Shown here: one piece after another, positions 12,834 to 25,215 of the stretch | Position numbering within the stretch: the first letter of the stretch is position 1 | Layout: each line of letters opens with the position of its first letter | Source: Nemertoderma westbladi | Lineage: Eukaryota > Animalia > Xenacoelomorpha | NCBI GenBank assembly: GCA_032718475.1 | Contig: JAUCBJ010003383.1 | Location: 124,001-188,000 of the forward strand | Direction of reading: 5' to 3' | DNA length: 64,000 nt | Made by a program: the position numbers and the translations under genes | The notes under the pieces: model-generated | Told to the model about the DNA's origin: nothing | Seen by the model: the letters and a program-made list of their open reading frames with translations, nothing else | Database searches by the model: none

Positions 12834-15257
12834 CGTTTTTCAAGTTACCAATGGTACATTTCCTACTATGTATAAGCGCTTGTATAAGATAAGGAACAGC
12901 ATTTACACTATTGGGTGAATTTGACCCACTTTGGTAAACCACGTGTACAAGGTGTTTAGATGTCTACTGCTAGAACACCATTTCGGTATATGTTATTATA
13001 TTATAGCTTATGGTTACTAACTAGTAGGGGTAGGATGTCACAAGATATTATGACCATCACGCCAGCCTGTACTTCACAGCTGGATTTTTAACAACGAGTT
13101 GGGCCAATTTGACCCACATCGGGTAACCGCGGGTTAATGAATATTATTTATTTAATTTAAGTGTAAATTAATTAGCCACAGAAGCTATTAGTATACTAAT
13201 TTCGAGCTCCCACAAGTGATCATAAACCATGTTGTACTCGTACTCTGGGGGATTATGCAATCCATCAAATAAATATAAAATCTTTCCGCTGCATAAAATC
13301 TTTCCGCTCTATAAAATCTTTTCCGCTCTATTTGCTATAGAGTTGGATCATCCTAAGTCCTCTTTAAATTACTTAATAATAAATATAAAATATTTAACTG
13401 TTTTCTAAACTTAAAGTTAAAATATAATTCTGACCCATCCACTAAAAATAGGGATGCCTCTCTGAGTTTGCTGCTATACTATCTGTTTACTACCTATCAT
13501 ACGAAATAATTAAAACTTAGAGCACCATTTAGAGACATGCGGTATATGGTGAGAAATTAATTATCAAATTATTTCCCGAGAAACCTGAATACGAATTGAA
13601 TGAATCAGTTCGTATGGAAATCGCAAACTTTCTGAAACTATTCTCGGCTGCTGATGCTGTTACTGTATTGGCCCAACTAAAGGCGCCAAGGAAACTAGAA
13701 TTCCCGGTACTGCTGGTTGAGCAAAGATTAGCAGTTGGCCAGTGAGTGAGGGATCCATCTCCTGTATAACACAAACTGCCAGGGCAGGTGACAACTCCAG
13801 AAACGCTCAAAAAGATTACACATATGTTTATCGCACACTTTAAGTTTCCTCTTATACTTGTGGATGTTGTAAATTCATTTGATTGATAGGAAGAAAGTAC
13901 AGTTGATATTACGCAGGGTGCTCCACAAAATTTGCAATGTTTACATTTTTTAGACATTTTCGCGAATTGAACTAATTTCTAGAGTTTTATTTCAATCGGA
14001 AGTCAATACATAAAGTTACTTGCTGTAGCAACCCTGGTTATGATATTTTCGTTAATTATTACCCAAAATTGGTTAATGCAGTTTAACTTAAATATTTAAT
14101 GATAATTCTGTAGAAGTAATAGAAGTAATTTATTATTGGTCGCCTTTGGCCAGGAGAATTATATGTGTATTATCTATTGAGTGTGAGAGTGTTCGGTTAC
14201 TTTCCTAGATTGTAGTACAACGAATTTACTTACAATATATATATCTTTCTGACCTCTTGAAAATAATCTTACTTTCAATTTCGCCGCGCATCCGCTAACT
14301 GATTATTTTATTATAGTAACTTTTTATTAGGTTTCTATATGACTATTTAATAGTTACAGTATTTGCTTTAAAAAAAGTGAACATTTCATTTGTCTTTATA
14401 TTTAACATTCCAACGTTAAATTTTTTGCTGTTATTTCCTAGAATTTTTTTCACATGTATTCGCATCCGATTGAAACACAAAACCTAGAAATTTGGATAAA
14501 GTAATTGTGCAAACCTAAAAACGTGTAAAATTTACTTGAAACACACGGCAATCGTATTTTATACAATAATACTTTGTCGCATGATGGATTATAATGTATA
14601 ATATTCCTTTATGCTGTGGTAATTTTTCGTAATGTTTGTAAAATATCCAATAACAAATTATTTTAATGATACAAATTGGCATCATTTTATAAGGTACTTG
14701 TTTTTGTTGCCTACCTTAGGCCTACCTATTGCTATTATGAATTCGATGGAATAAGTTACCTTAGTATATGCCTACATTTGTATTGCCGTATTCCCTTTGC
14801 AGAGGCACAGCGAGCTCTTCTAGTGCCCAGGGGAATTAAGATGAAAAAGCCCCCCCCCCCCCCCCCCCCCCTCCACAAAAAAAATAATTGTCACTTTTCA
14901 TTCATAAAATTTAATTTAATGTGAATTTAAATAAAATTGTTATATCCCTAACAGAATGAGTAAAAAATCAGCTACCTACGACGATTAAAACTCGCGAATT
15001 TACGGCCAAAAATAAGCTGCTGCCTAATTAAGAAAATGGACTTTAGTTGAGTCTGTATTAAACATCTGCGAAAGTTTTCCAATGGAACAGCAAACCCAAC
15101 ACAGTGTAGAACCGAATACATTACCTGTATAATTTCTTCTATACATTATTTATACTCTAGTTGTAATAGTTAGTGTGAACGCCCCTGGGTGCGCGAAATG
15201 GAACGTTCCCCCTCCCCCTTTCCCCTCGCTCCGGCTTTGTGTGTTCTGTACAGCAAA

Positions 15258-15430
15258 GTGTGGGGCGAGCCACGCATTCACGGCGAGCCTTAGCGCACAA
15301 TTATAATTAGTAAATAGGGAAAATTTCATGTCCGTCTCTCTGTCCGTCTGTCTGTCTGTCTGTAATGAAAATTTCATTCGTAAATAACTTTTGAAGATTT
15401 TAACCATTTTCAATCAAATTTTGTATGAGC
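15258..15430 (+). mobile_element. HINE/DINE-1-like fragment with (GTCT)n microsatellite
   Basis: GTGTGGGGCGAGCC end motif followed by GTCCGTCTGTCTGTCTGTC and an ATAACTTT...AAATTTTG block typical of these elements. Confidence 0.55.
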
Positions 15431-15887
15431 TAACTAAAGGAGCTTTATCGGTTCGGTCACATGGAACTCACTACCACAGGGGTTGGGATTAGATCAATTT
15501 ACTGAAGATCCACTAATTTCTATAGAACTCAGTGACTATTGTACTATACTATTTACTAGTAATAATTGTTTACAATGTGCTGTATAGGTTGCAGCAGGTA
15601 CGTATATTCCCTAAGGGCGCCTGTAATATCAAAAATAATCGTATTATTATTATTATTCTGATCTGGGACGTCTCATAAAAGACAATAGTCTATATAATGT
15701 ACCGGTAGGGGAAGAATTGGGATTTCTACGGCTGATCGCAAAGGTGTTGCTTTGTAGAAGCTGGTTACAATTGATTACAGTGTGTGCGATATATGACATC
15801 AATTTAAATTGTTCAAATTATTTGTTATATTTCAAGAATTTAATTTCAAACGTAAGTTATAATAATCATATTTTATTAATATATGTA

Positions 15888-16011
15888 ATGGAGAAATTCA
15901 GCACCGAAAATAACAACGTCGTTTCTCCTAATAATGTCCAACAGCGAATTGTTGAGAAGTTCTTGAAAAACGTTAGCGAACTGCGCTGGGGAGAAAGAGA
16001 TGTAATTCTAG
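15888..16011 (+). CDS. SAM-dependent methyltransferase (JHAMT-like), coding exon 1 of 5
   Basis: MEKF..NNVQQRIVEKFL..WGERDVIL; GT donor at 16012, phase 1, completes LD-IGCGAG with the next exon; start ATG is inferred. Confidence 0.8.
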
Positions 16012-16322
16012 GTTTGTTATAAACATGTTGTCTTTCTTTTAGGTAACTGTCATTGGAATTTCAAGATGGAAGCGGCATGATAGATTTTCCACGCTGTTGT
16101 AACCAACACAGAACTTGTGTCTCTGGAGTGAAATAATTATCAACTTATAAATAAAAATAATAAAATAAATTAAAATAATTTATAAACAATTTCTGATTAA
16201 ACCAAATTCCCTCAAAGCGAACACTGAATATATTTTTAAAATGGAATATCATTTTTATGTTATGGGATACAAACATTTATAGTGCTCTTGCGTTTGAAAA
16301 ACTTAGTTGCTCAAGGGAGTAC

Positions 16323-16626
16323 GGGGGACAGGGAGTGGCCATCCCCAGTGGGAGGGGGACAGGGAGTGGCCATCCCCAGTGGGAGGGGGACAGGGAGTGG
16401 CCATCCCCAGTGGGAGGGGGACAGGGAGTGGCCATCCCCAGTGGGAGGGGGACAGGGAGTGGCCATCCCCAGTGGGAGGGGGACAGGGAGTGGCCATCCC
16501 CAGTGGGAGGGGGACAGGGAGTGGCCATCCCCAGTGGGAGGGGGACAGGGAGTGGCCATCCCCAGTGGGAGGGGGACAGGGAGTGGCCATCCCCAGTGGG
16601 AGGGTGACAGGGAGTGGCCATCCCCA
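16323..16626. repeat. 31-bp G-rich minisatellite, ~9.8 copies, in intron 1
   Basis: Unit GGGGGACAGGGAGTGGCCATCCCCAGTGGGA; near-identical copies. Confidence 0.97.
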
Positions 16627-16928
16627 AAAAACTCAAAACGAAAATTATCCCATTTCACTTTCCCCACAATCATCCTATCCCACAATTACACATAAAGTGC
16701 GTAAAATATGTAAATTTCTGGCAGCTTTGTGATACTTGTCCATCTTATAGTATATTGATTGACCTACCCAATTTCGACTTGTCATTGCTCATCCGAACTA
16801 AAAAAGTGATCGGTCTGGTGGGGGTAGAGTCCTACCTACTAATTAGTATATAAGACATCGTACAAAACGCGGAGAAAAGTTTATTGAACTTTATTTACAT
16901 TAAATATATTGTCTACTTTCATGGTTAG

Positions 16929-17128
16929 ATATTGGCTGCGGTGCCGGTAGTATAACTAGACGGTTCCTCTCTCCGGTAACTTCGGCATCCATCACTGCGA
17001 TCGATCATCGCGATAACCTCATTGACCAGGCGGAACTCACCAAATACGCAGCTAACGTTCTCTATAAATGTTTCGATATATCAAGTAGTCCATCAACCGT
17101 TGAGGGGTGGTTGGAAGGCTTCACAAAG
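16929..17128 (+). CDS. JHAMT-like methyltransferase, exon 2
   Basis: AG/GT bounded; (D)IGCGAGSITRRFL..SITAID..YKCFDI..GFTK covers SAM-binding motifs I-III. Confidence 0.9.
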
Positions 17129-17229
17129 GTTAGCTAACAATACTTTAGTTGATTCATCGTTTCGTTGAATTTCATTCATTTTTAACAAAATTTTTGTTGA
17201 ACATAGAAAAATGGAATTATCTAAAATAG

Positions 17230-17770
17230 CGGGAAAGTTTGAATTGTTCCTTAAACTTTAAACACCCATATCTCAGAATAACGTTTTTTCATGAAAAAGG
17301 CTATTTCTCCGCCAATTTTAACTGAAATAAGTTGTAATTTGGTACACTTGTTAAGAATACCTTTCTCCATAATTCTTCTGAACAAATTTGGTTGGAAATC
17401 TCCTGGAGCCTTTTTATATCAAAAAGGCCAAAAAAGCCCTTTTTTGAGGCCTTTTTGTTCTAAAAAGGCTCCAGAGCAATTGAGGTAAAATTTGTTCAGA
17501 AGAATTGGATGCAGGGTTCTTCTGAACTTATATTCCAAATTTCGACAAATATTAGTAGAGAAATTATTGGTAGAGAAATAGCCCTTGGTGCAAAAATGCA
17601 CTTTTGGCCATTACGGCGTCATTTTGGGGCCAATTTAAAAAAAATTTGGTTTAGTTATTCTTACACAGTCCAGACGATGTTTAGTTGTACAAAAAATAAT
17701 TTTCACCCAATTTTAGGGTCCAGAGACACAAAAATGTGAGGTTCAGTTTGGGGGTGCTACTCCCCACTTA
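17230..17770. mobile_element. Non-autonomous DNA transposon fragment (TTAA-type end) with internal inverted repeat
   Basis: Ends GGGGGTGCTACTCCCCAC-TTAA; inverted repeat ~17371-17507. Confidence 0.45.
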
Positions 17771-18429
17771 AATTGATTCGTTCAATATTTTACGTACAAT
17801 TAAATTGTAAATTACCAAATTACAAAACGACCGAAGGCTTCTTAAAATTTATTGTATTTTTAGAAACCTGATATGGGTCGCCATGCAAACTTTTCACTCA
17901 ACCAAACTATTATTATTATCAATTAAATCAATATTGTATTTTATATTTTCTAGTTACTTCTTATTTTATATCATTTATTTGATAAATTCGATTTTTGATT
18001 GAATTTTTATTGAGCTTTTAGTAGGTTGTGCATGTGCAATACACAATACCGCCGTACGCTGTGGCAAATCTAGGCAAAACAAAAAAAGCAAATTAACGCA
18101 TCTCTAATTAATTAACGAAGGATATCTCTGTCAGTAGATTTCCTGGAGTTTTTAGGTATTGATTGACCTACAAATTCTTCTGGTGGTACATCAACCTTTT
18201 GTTTTTGAGCTGAAACCGGATTTGTTAGGTCGCCCATCTTCCAACCTTTGGGTCCCCAGTTCCATTCCACCTGTACGTCAGTCGTCAATGTCGACATTGC
18301 CAAGCTCTACACCCAACGTTAAATTATAATAATGTTGGAAGAATTAATGATAATTTTAAAAACTTTTATAAAAAATATATAATGTAAATAGGACAATATG
18401 ATAATGCTCTCCATAGCGAAAAATATCAA

Positions 18430-18518
18430 CCGGCCCTATTGGGGCTCGAACCCGCTACTTAGGTTTCAAACTTCTGGTTATCATCAGCCGGGTGAGTGTA
18501 CTGAGCTACCAGACCGGA
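18430..18518 (-). mobile_element. tRNA-derived SINE-like head
   Basis: A box TAGCTCAGT, B box GGTTCGAGCC, flanking acceptor-like stem; no proper cloverleaf. Confidence 0.5.
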
Positions 18519-19082
18519 TGAATATTTCGTTATGGAGTGGAAGATCATATCATATTAAGGCCATACAATCACTCAAACTAAAGTACAACTTTCGTTATTC
18601 CCTTTTTACAATTTACTTTTTATAAAATAATCCCTTTTCCAGTTGTGAGGGGAATTCATACTATCGAGGTTACAGCAATTCACAGGTAACATTAAATTGT
18701 TGCTAAGAGGAAGTGGATTAACTCCTTTGCTTCCTATTATTACACAATTTGATATATTCGACACAATTACCTCGTGTATTTATTTAGATATATACACTGA
18801 CCAAAGGGACATTACGACTTCATTTAATTTACTTTTCGACAGTAATTTCTTGAAATAGAATTAGAGCTTCATTACTATTCTATTATATATTTTAAGAAAA
18901 GGCTTAAATTGTATTAAATAGGCAACCTATATCATTATGATTATATTATAGTTCAGCTTCTAACTTTGCAACAACATTCATTATTTGTAATTAGTGTATA
19001 TCTGAAGCATGCGTCATTGATTACATTTGTTTGTCACTATGGTGACAGTAATATAACGCATTAATCGGTTTATATTTGATAG

Positions 19083-19149
19083 GTAACTGCTCTCAATGGT
19101 CTGGAATGGGTTTCTAATATTGATGGATTTTTGGATTTTGTTTACAATG
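19083..19149 (+). CDS. JHAMT-like methyltransferase, exon 3
   Basis: AG/GTAAGT bounded, phase 0 to 1; VTALNGLEWVSNIDGFLDFVYN corresponds to the LHW motif region. Confidence 0.85.
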
Positions 19150-19316
19150 GTAAGTTATTTGTGGTTACTAATTCTTTAGTCCGCCTGTTGCGTTATTCAG
19201 CGTTCGATTCCATGCCGAGCCAGTTACAAGTTCGAATCTGGCGGGTCCACCTATTGAAATGTGGCAAGGGCTTCTGATGAGGAATAAAGAAAAATAAATA
19301 AATATAGAAGACTAAG

Positions 19317-21105
19317 CAGCTTGGTCTAGTGGTGACATTCCTGGGCTTCCAATTAGGGAGCCCTGGTTCGATTCATAGATCGGGCAGCACTGTTTGGGCA
19401 CAGTGCTTTAAATGCTGTAGCCTAGCCCAACCCGACTTTCATCCCTTGGTGGTCAATAAATGAGAACGGAAGGGTTTACTGTGGAAGATCACCCATGGTG
19501 GTGAACAGGCATTCCTTTAGGAAACAGAGTGGAAGGGTTGACTGTGGAAGATCACCCATGGTGGTGAACAGGCATTCCTTTAGGAAACAGAGTGGAATGG
19601 TTTACTGTGGAAGATCACCCATGGTGGTGAACAGGTATTCCTTTAGGAAACAGAGTGGAATGGTTTACTGTGGAAGATCACCCATGGTGGTGAACAGGTA
19701 TTCCTTTAGGAAACAGAGTGGAAGGGTTTACTGTGGAAGATCACCCATGGTGGTGAACAGGTATTCCTTTAGGAAACAGAGTGGAAGGGTTTACTGTGGA
19801 AGATCACCCATGGTGGTGAACAGGCATTCCTTTAGGAAACAGAGTGAAAGGGTTTACTGTGGAAGATCACCCATGGTGGAGAACTGGTATTCCTTTAGGA
19901 AACAGAGTGGAAGGGTTTACTGTGGAAGACCACCCATGGTGGTGAACAGGCATTCCTTTAGGAAACAGAGTGAAAGGGTTTACTGTGGAAGATCACCCAT
20001 GGTGGAGAACGGGTATTCCTTTAGGAAACAGAGTGGAAGGGTTTACTGTGGAAGATCACCCATGGTGGTGAACAGGCATTCCTTTAGGAAACAGAGTGAA
20101 AGGGTTTACTGTGGAAGATCACCCATGGTGGAGAACGGGTATTCCTTTAGGAAACAGAGTGGAAGGGTTTACTGTGGAAGATTACCCATGGTGGTGAACA
20201 GGCATTCCTTTGGGAAACAGTGTGAAAGGGTTTACTGTGGAAGATCACCCATGGTGGAGAACGGGTACTCCTTTAGGAAACAGAGTGGAAGGGTTTACTG
20301 TGGAAGACCACCCATGGTGGTGAACAGGCATTCCTTTAGGAAACAGAGTGAAAGGGTTTACTGTGGAAGATCACCCATGGTGGAGAACGGGTATTCCTTT
20401 AGGAAACAGAGTGGAAGGGTTTACTGTGGAAGACCACCCATGGTGGTGAACAGGCATTCCTTTAGGAAACAGAGTGAAAGGGTTTACTGTGGAAGATCAC
20501 CCATGGTGGAGAACGGGTATTCCTTTAGGAAACAGAGTGAAAGGGTTTACTGTGGAAGATCACCCATGGTGGAGAACGGGTATTCCTTTAGGAAACAGAG
20601 TGGAAGGGTTTACTGTGGAAGACCACCCATGGTGGTGAACAGGCATTCCTTTAGGAAACAGAGTGAAAGGGTTTACTGTGGAAGATCACCCATGGTGGAG
20701 AACGGGTATTCCTTTAGGAAACAGAGTGGAAGGGTTTACTGTGGAAGATCACCCATGGTGGTGAACAGGCATTCCTTTAGGAAACAGAGTGAAAGGGTTT
20801 ACTGTGGAAGATCACCCATGGTGGAGAACGGGTATTCCTTTAGGAAACAGAGTGGAAGGGTTTACTGTGGAAGATTACCCATGGTGGTGAACAGGTATTC
20901 CTTGGCTTAACGACGAGACTAAAAGATTATCCTATTCAATAAAGAAAAATGTTGTGGGTTGGTTACTGAATGTTCAACAATGGGAGTAAAAAAGGACCCC
21001 TATGCCCATTATGTAACTATGTGCCTGAGGGAAGAAATTTGGAGTTAGATCCAATATGTCGTGTTTCAGGCTCACCTAGGGCCTAGAGCAATACTTTTAT
21101 TTTAC
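19317..21105 (+). mobile_element. tRNA-derived SINE with Nin/Deu-like domain, carrying an internal tandem array
   Basis: A box TGGTCTAGTGG, B box GGTTCGATTC, Gly(TCC)-like loop CTTCCAA, then CCAACCCGACTTTCATCCCTTGGTGGTCAATAAATGAG (Nin/Deu-like); T-rich tail near 21095; 3' boundary approximate. Confidence 0.65.
19468..20903. repeat. 63-bp tandem array, ~23 copies, with 126-bp higher-order dimer
   Basis: Unit GGAAGGGTTTACTGTGGAAGATCACCCATGGTGGTGAACAGGCATTCCTTTAGGAAACAGAGT; 21-aa periodicity in the 471-aa ORF. Confidence 0.97.
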
Positions 21106-23199
21106 AGTGACGGTGTTTCAGATCTTCTAAACAGATTTTAATTAATGTTATTAATTGTCAGTCATGAATTTGTCAAAGTTGTGAATAGTTTATTAAGATA
21201 TAATATATAGTACCAGTTGCTTTACAGAAAAAAGATTGTTTTCTGGCTTTCTTTGCAATGTGACTTCAGGAAACATTGAACAGTGGAATGACATTGCTAT
21301 ACTCTACATAATATATTTTGTAGGATGACTTGAGTGTATAAAGAATCGTTGAGAATTGGTTTCAATCTTGACGTCATTAATGCCATCAATTTCTCCTTTT
21401 TATTTATACCTGTAGCGCAATCATATACACATTGGAATGGGACGTTACAGTTACTCGTGATATTACTGCATTAATGATGGCAAAAACGTATAACTCCTAT
21501 AGATGAACTTATAGGAGACGGGGTTAAATCGAATGAATTCCGACCAATTCAATTGAATTAACAGCCCCAATTTCCATATAGGAATAATATAATAAACTGC
21601 AGCGGTACAAAATATATAAGCAGAGTTTCTCCGACGCCTAAAATACAATCAATATGCCAGAAATATTATTGAGATAATTAAATTTAGATATAATCGAATA
21701 CCGAACGTATTTGGTCGTTGATTGCGAAACTCGCATAAAGTCACGATCGATTGTACTGATGGCCATTCTCGTACCGGCCACGCCCGTTCGTAGATAGCCG
21801 AGCGGTAAACGATGAGTGACATCGACCGCTTCCCGATATAATTGCTCACTTTCCCGATCGGTAATGGGTTGACCGGGAATCTACCTCCAGTAATTGGGAA
21901 TTAATTCGTCCTTTTATGCCTTTTAGGCGACTATTATCAGGTTCCCACTGAGGTCCAACTTACTGAATGTATATGAATAGAAAACTCTTTCATTTTTACA
22001 ATAATAATATGTAATTCATTCCTTTTTCCACTGGAGAATATATATTATAACATAGAAATTAATACAAATGGGTTTTTTCCATGCCCTTATGTTGCTCATA
22101 AATTCCTTATGAGTTCAAATTCTAAGTTTTGAAAAGATTAAGATAAAAAATGATTGAAATATATTATCATTTTAATAATTATAAATGGTTTAAAGATGTG
22201 AATTAAAGGAACTCAAATATCTTAAATTTTTGTTATTATATTGCAGCTTTATTTTTTCAATACTTGAGATTATTAACTTAAAATATGAAAGGCAACAACA
22301 AAAAGCTAACTTTTCTTTTGACAACCTAAGCTTTAGCAATAACTTTGGATTGCTATAAATTAAGGGACTCCATTGGAAACTAGAAATCGAACAGTTTTGA
22401 ATACCGGCAATTAAAGTTCTCGAATTAAATCCAATTATATTGTGGGTGAACACTATTGTAATTCCTATGTGGTTTTGATTAAAATGATAACCTTTGAATA
22501 GAATGGTTTTCAAACAATATCATTAAATCCCCTTCAGGGATTCCACGGTAAACTAACTCATGTGTATAAGATAACGCAATCTACCTACAGTCAGTCCAAC
22601 AAATATATTCAGTTACTTGTAATCCCTTGTGTTGTCGCCGTAGTTTGGGAGCATAACAAGCATGGCTGACAGTCACAGACTAACCAAGGGTACTGCGTAC
22701 CCAACCGTCCAAGCCAGTGGGTGGCTACTTCAATACACACTGCATGGGTTCCTATTATTGCACACCTGGGCATATCCGATGGGCCACAATCGTTGTGTTT
22801 TCTGCACTACACAGAATAATAGTTGGTTGTAAATATGAGAACGTAGAGATTAAATTAGCTGTTTCGAGGTTTAATTAAATGAGATTGTATTAAAAACCAC
22901 TCCTTAAAATTATTATTCTCTTCAATATAACCATCATATTCGATTTACTAACTTTGCACTATCGAATAGTTCGAGAGGTATAGAAGTACCGGTAGATGGA
23001 TTGTTCTATTGTGTAAACTTATTTAAACTGTAATATGTGTAAACAATGTTGCATAACATTACTAACTACTGAAATTACGCATTTACGATTGTATTAATAT
23101 ATAAAAATGATGTAATATGTAATAGATGTAAAAATAGATATTTATTTGCTGCTAAACCACAATATTTATATTAATGTTACAATAGATTATTTATTTTAG

Positions 23200-23382
23200 T
23201 GTTGCAGAGTGGGGGCAGTTTCCTCGCGTGCGTTACGGATAGGCTCGACCCAGCCCTCTACAACGCCGTTATGGATGTTAAAAAATCATCAAAATGGTCA
23301 GTTTTATTGAACGGAAATGGACGCGCATTGGACGCCAGACCTGGTAGATTGTTGCCATGGAGCCAGCCAACAACGGAACGGG
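23200..23382 (+). CDS. JHAMT-like methyltransferase, exon 4
   Basis: TTTTAG acceptor, GTATGT donor, phase 1 to 1; VLQSGGSFLACV matches the LxPGG motif; SSKWS. Confidence 0.88.
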
Positions 23383-23889
23383 GTATGTGTCGACCATTTA
23401 TTGGTTAATAAATTCCTGAAACAAAATCATTTCTCCTATAATATTATTCGGCGCTTTAGGTAAATGGGTACAAGGAGTCAAAAAGAACAAATCGAGTCAA
23501 AGGGTACAACAGGAAAGGGTACAACGAGACAAAGGGTACAAACAATTTATTTCCTTTATTGTTTTGGTTAGGGTTAGTTGGTCAGGCCTCAACCATAATT
23601 ATAATACCTTGATAAAATTATAGGAATTTTATTTGTTGTAAGTCACTTTTTTAGTCAAAGTCGTTAACAAGTTTGACATAAAAAGAACACTATGTCAACA
23701 CAAAAGTAATGTTTCCATGACATTAATAATAATATTTCATTTAATGGATAATCGAGTAAATTTCTAATACTAGCTAGTTTTTGATAATTCTTTATAAATG
23801 CTATAATATTTGTGTTCTAGAACTCTTTTTTTTGTTCTATAACTCTTTTTTTTGTTCTAGAACACATTTTATATTTTTTATACCAGCTA

Positions 23890-24100
23890 GTTTCTTTTAG
23901 TTTTGGTATCGAATAGTTAATATATGGAATAATTTACCTGTTGATATCGTAAACTCGACGAACAAAGATATATTTGGTTCGAAGTTAAAAAATGTTAATC
24001 TACTGAGGTATTGTAAACTTAACAGAGCTTTGTAAATATATTATACTGTATCAATAGTAGACCCTATTGTGTGTAATTTTACCTGTAAATAAATATATTA
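23890..24100 (+). mobile_element. CR1-type LINE 3' end fragment
   Basis: YRIVNIWNNLPVDIVNSTNKDIFGSKL, the typical CR1 ORF2 C-terminus. Confidence 0.7.
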
Positions 24101-25011
24101 ATGCATTAATGCAAATTTTACTTGAGTTTTTATTTTATTGGTGTGTTTTTAATTAGGAAATATTCACATTTTTAGTGTTCTACGTAACCTTTGTGCTTTT
24201 CTCCCTCTCTAAATATTATACGAGGTGTTTAATAATAATTATAATAATAATAGTTTTTTCCACTTTTTTATAAATGTTATAAAACAAGTGTTAGTTATCA
24301 ATTTGAATAACTATTTCTGTTCTAGAACACATTTTTTTCAAGAACATTTTTTGGAAAAAATTACCATACTACTGTCAGAAGGTCAACTATTTGTTCTTGA
24401 AAAAAACCTAATGGGCATTAGTGTGGCCTGGGTGCCCACTTTTTCACCAATTTTTTCATGTGAAAATGATTATTATCGTGAAGTTTTTTGTTCTAGAACA
24501 AAAATAAATTTGATCTTCTGACAATAAGATGTGAGAATTTTTATGTATGGTAGCTAGTGTTTTTTATGGTAGCTAGTGTTTTTAGAAGTGTGTTTTTTCC
24601 CTAGGATTCAATTGATGCTAACTCACTTTCTTATTTTTATGACATTTATAAAAAAAAGTTGAAAAAACTAGCTAGTATAAAAAATAAAAAATATGTTCTA
24701 GAACAAAAAAAAGTGTTCTAGAACAAAAATATTTTTCAAAAATGATAACTAACACGTGTTCTATAACATTTATTTATAAAAAAAGTTGTAAAATCTATTT
24801 TTTAAAGTATAAAAAATATATAATGTGTTCAGGAACAAAAAAAATGTGTTCTAGAACAAAAAAATGTGTTCTAGAACAAAAAAATGTGTTCTAGTTCAAA
24901 AATATTTATCAAAATTGATAGCTAACACGTGTAAAAACGTTTAAAAAAAATTAGCTATTAATACTTATGCTACAAAAAGTGGGCACCCACTAATGCCACA
25001 TAATGATAAAC

Positions 25012-25215
25012 GGGTGTAAACGCTACGCCGACAACCGACAGCCGACAACCACTGCCGACAACGGAAAATATGAAAATGTTACCGGAGTTCGAAACTCTCG
25101 CTTACTGTTTTGGTTAGAATAACCTTCCATTGTAACCTGTCCCTTTCCATAATTAATAAATAACTTAAATTAGCTTTAATAATGGTTGTCGGTTGTCGAC
25201 GTAGCCTTTACACCC
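25012..25215. mobile_element. MULE-like MITE
   Basis: TIR GGGTGTAAA.GCTACG.CGACAACCGAC; perfect 9-bp TSD ATGATAAAC at 25003-25011 and 25216-25224. Confidence 0.85.

Larger units (their letters stand above)
10444..13133 (-). mobile_element. Full-length piggyBac transposon
   Basis: TTAA at 10440-10443 and 13134-13137; 14-bp imperfect TIRs CCCGCnnnTACCCG; subterminal palindromes TGGGTCAATTTGACCCA-like at 10487, 12912 and 13100; intact transposase. Confidence 0.95.

Noticed and set aside
16257-16732. Collagen- or Gly-rich-looking ORFs in six frames
   Set aside because: Produced by the 31-bp minisatellite
19317-19386. Functional tRNA-Gly gene
   Set aside because: Anticodon, T and acceptor stems are broken and a SINE body follows
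19468-20903. CRISPR-like array, or a real 471-aa repeat protein
   Set aside because: Units are contiguous with no unique spacers and no cas genes; the ORF is open only because the 63-bp unit is a stop-free multiple of 3, and it lies in an intron
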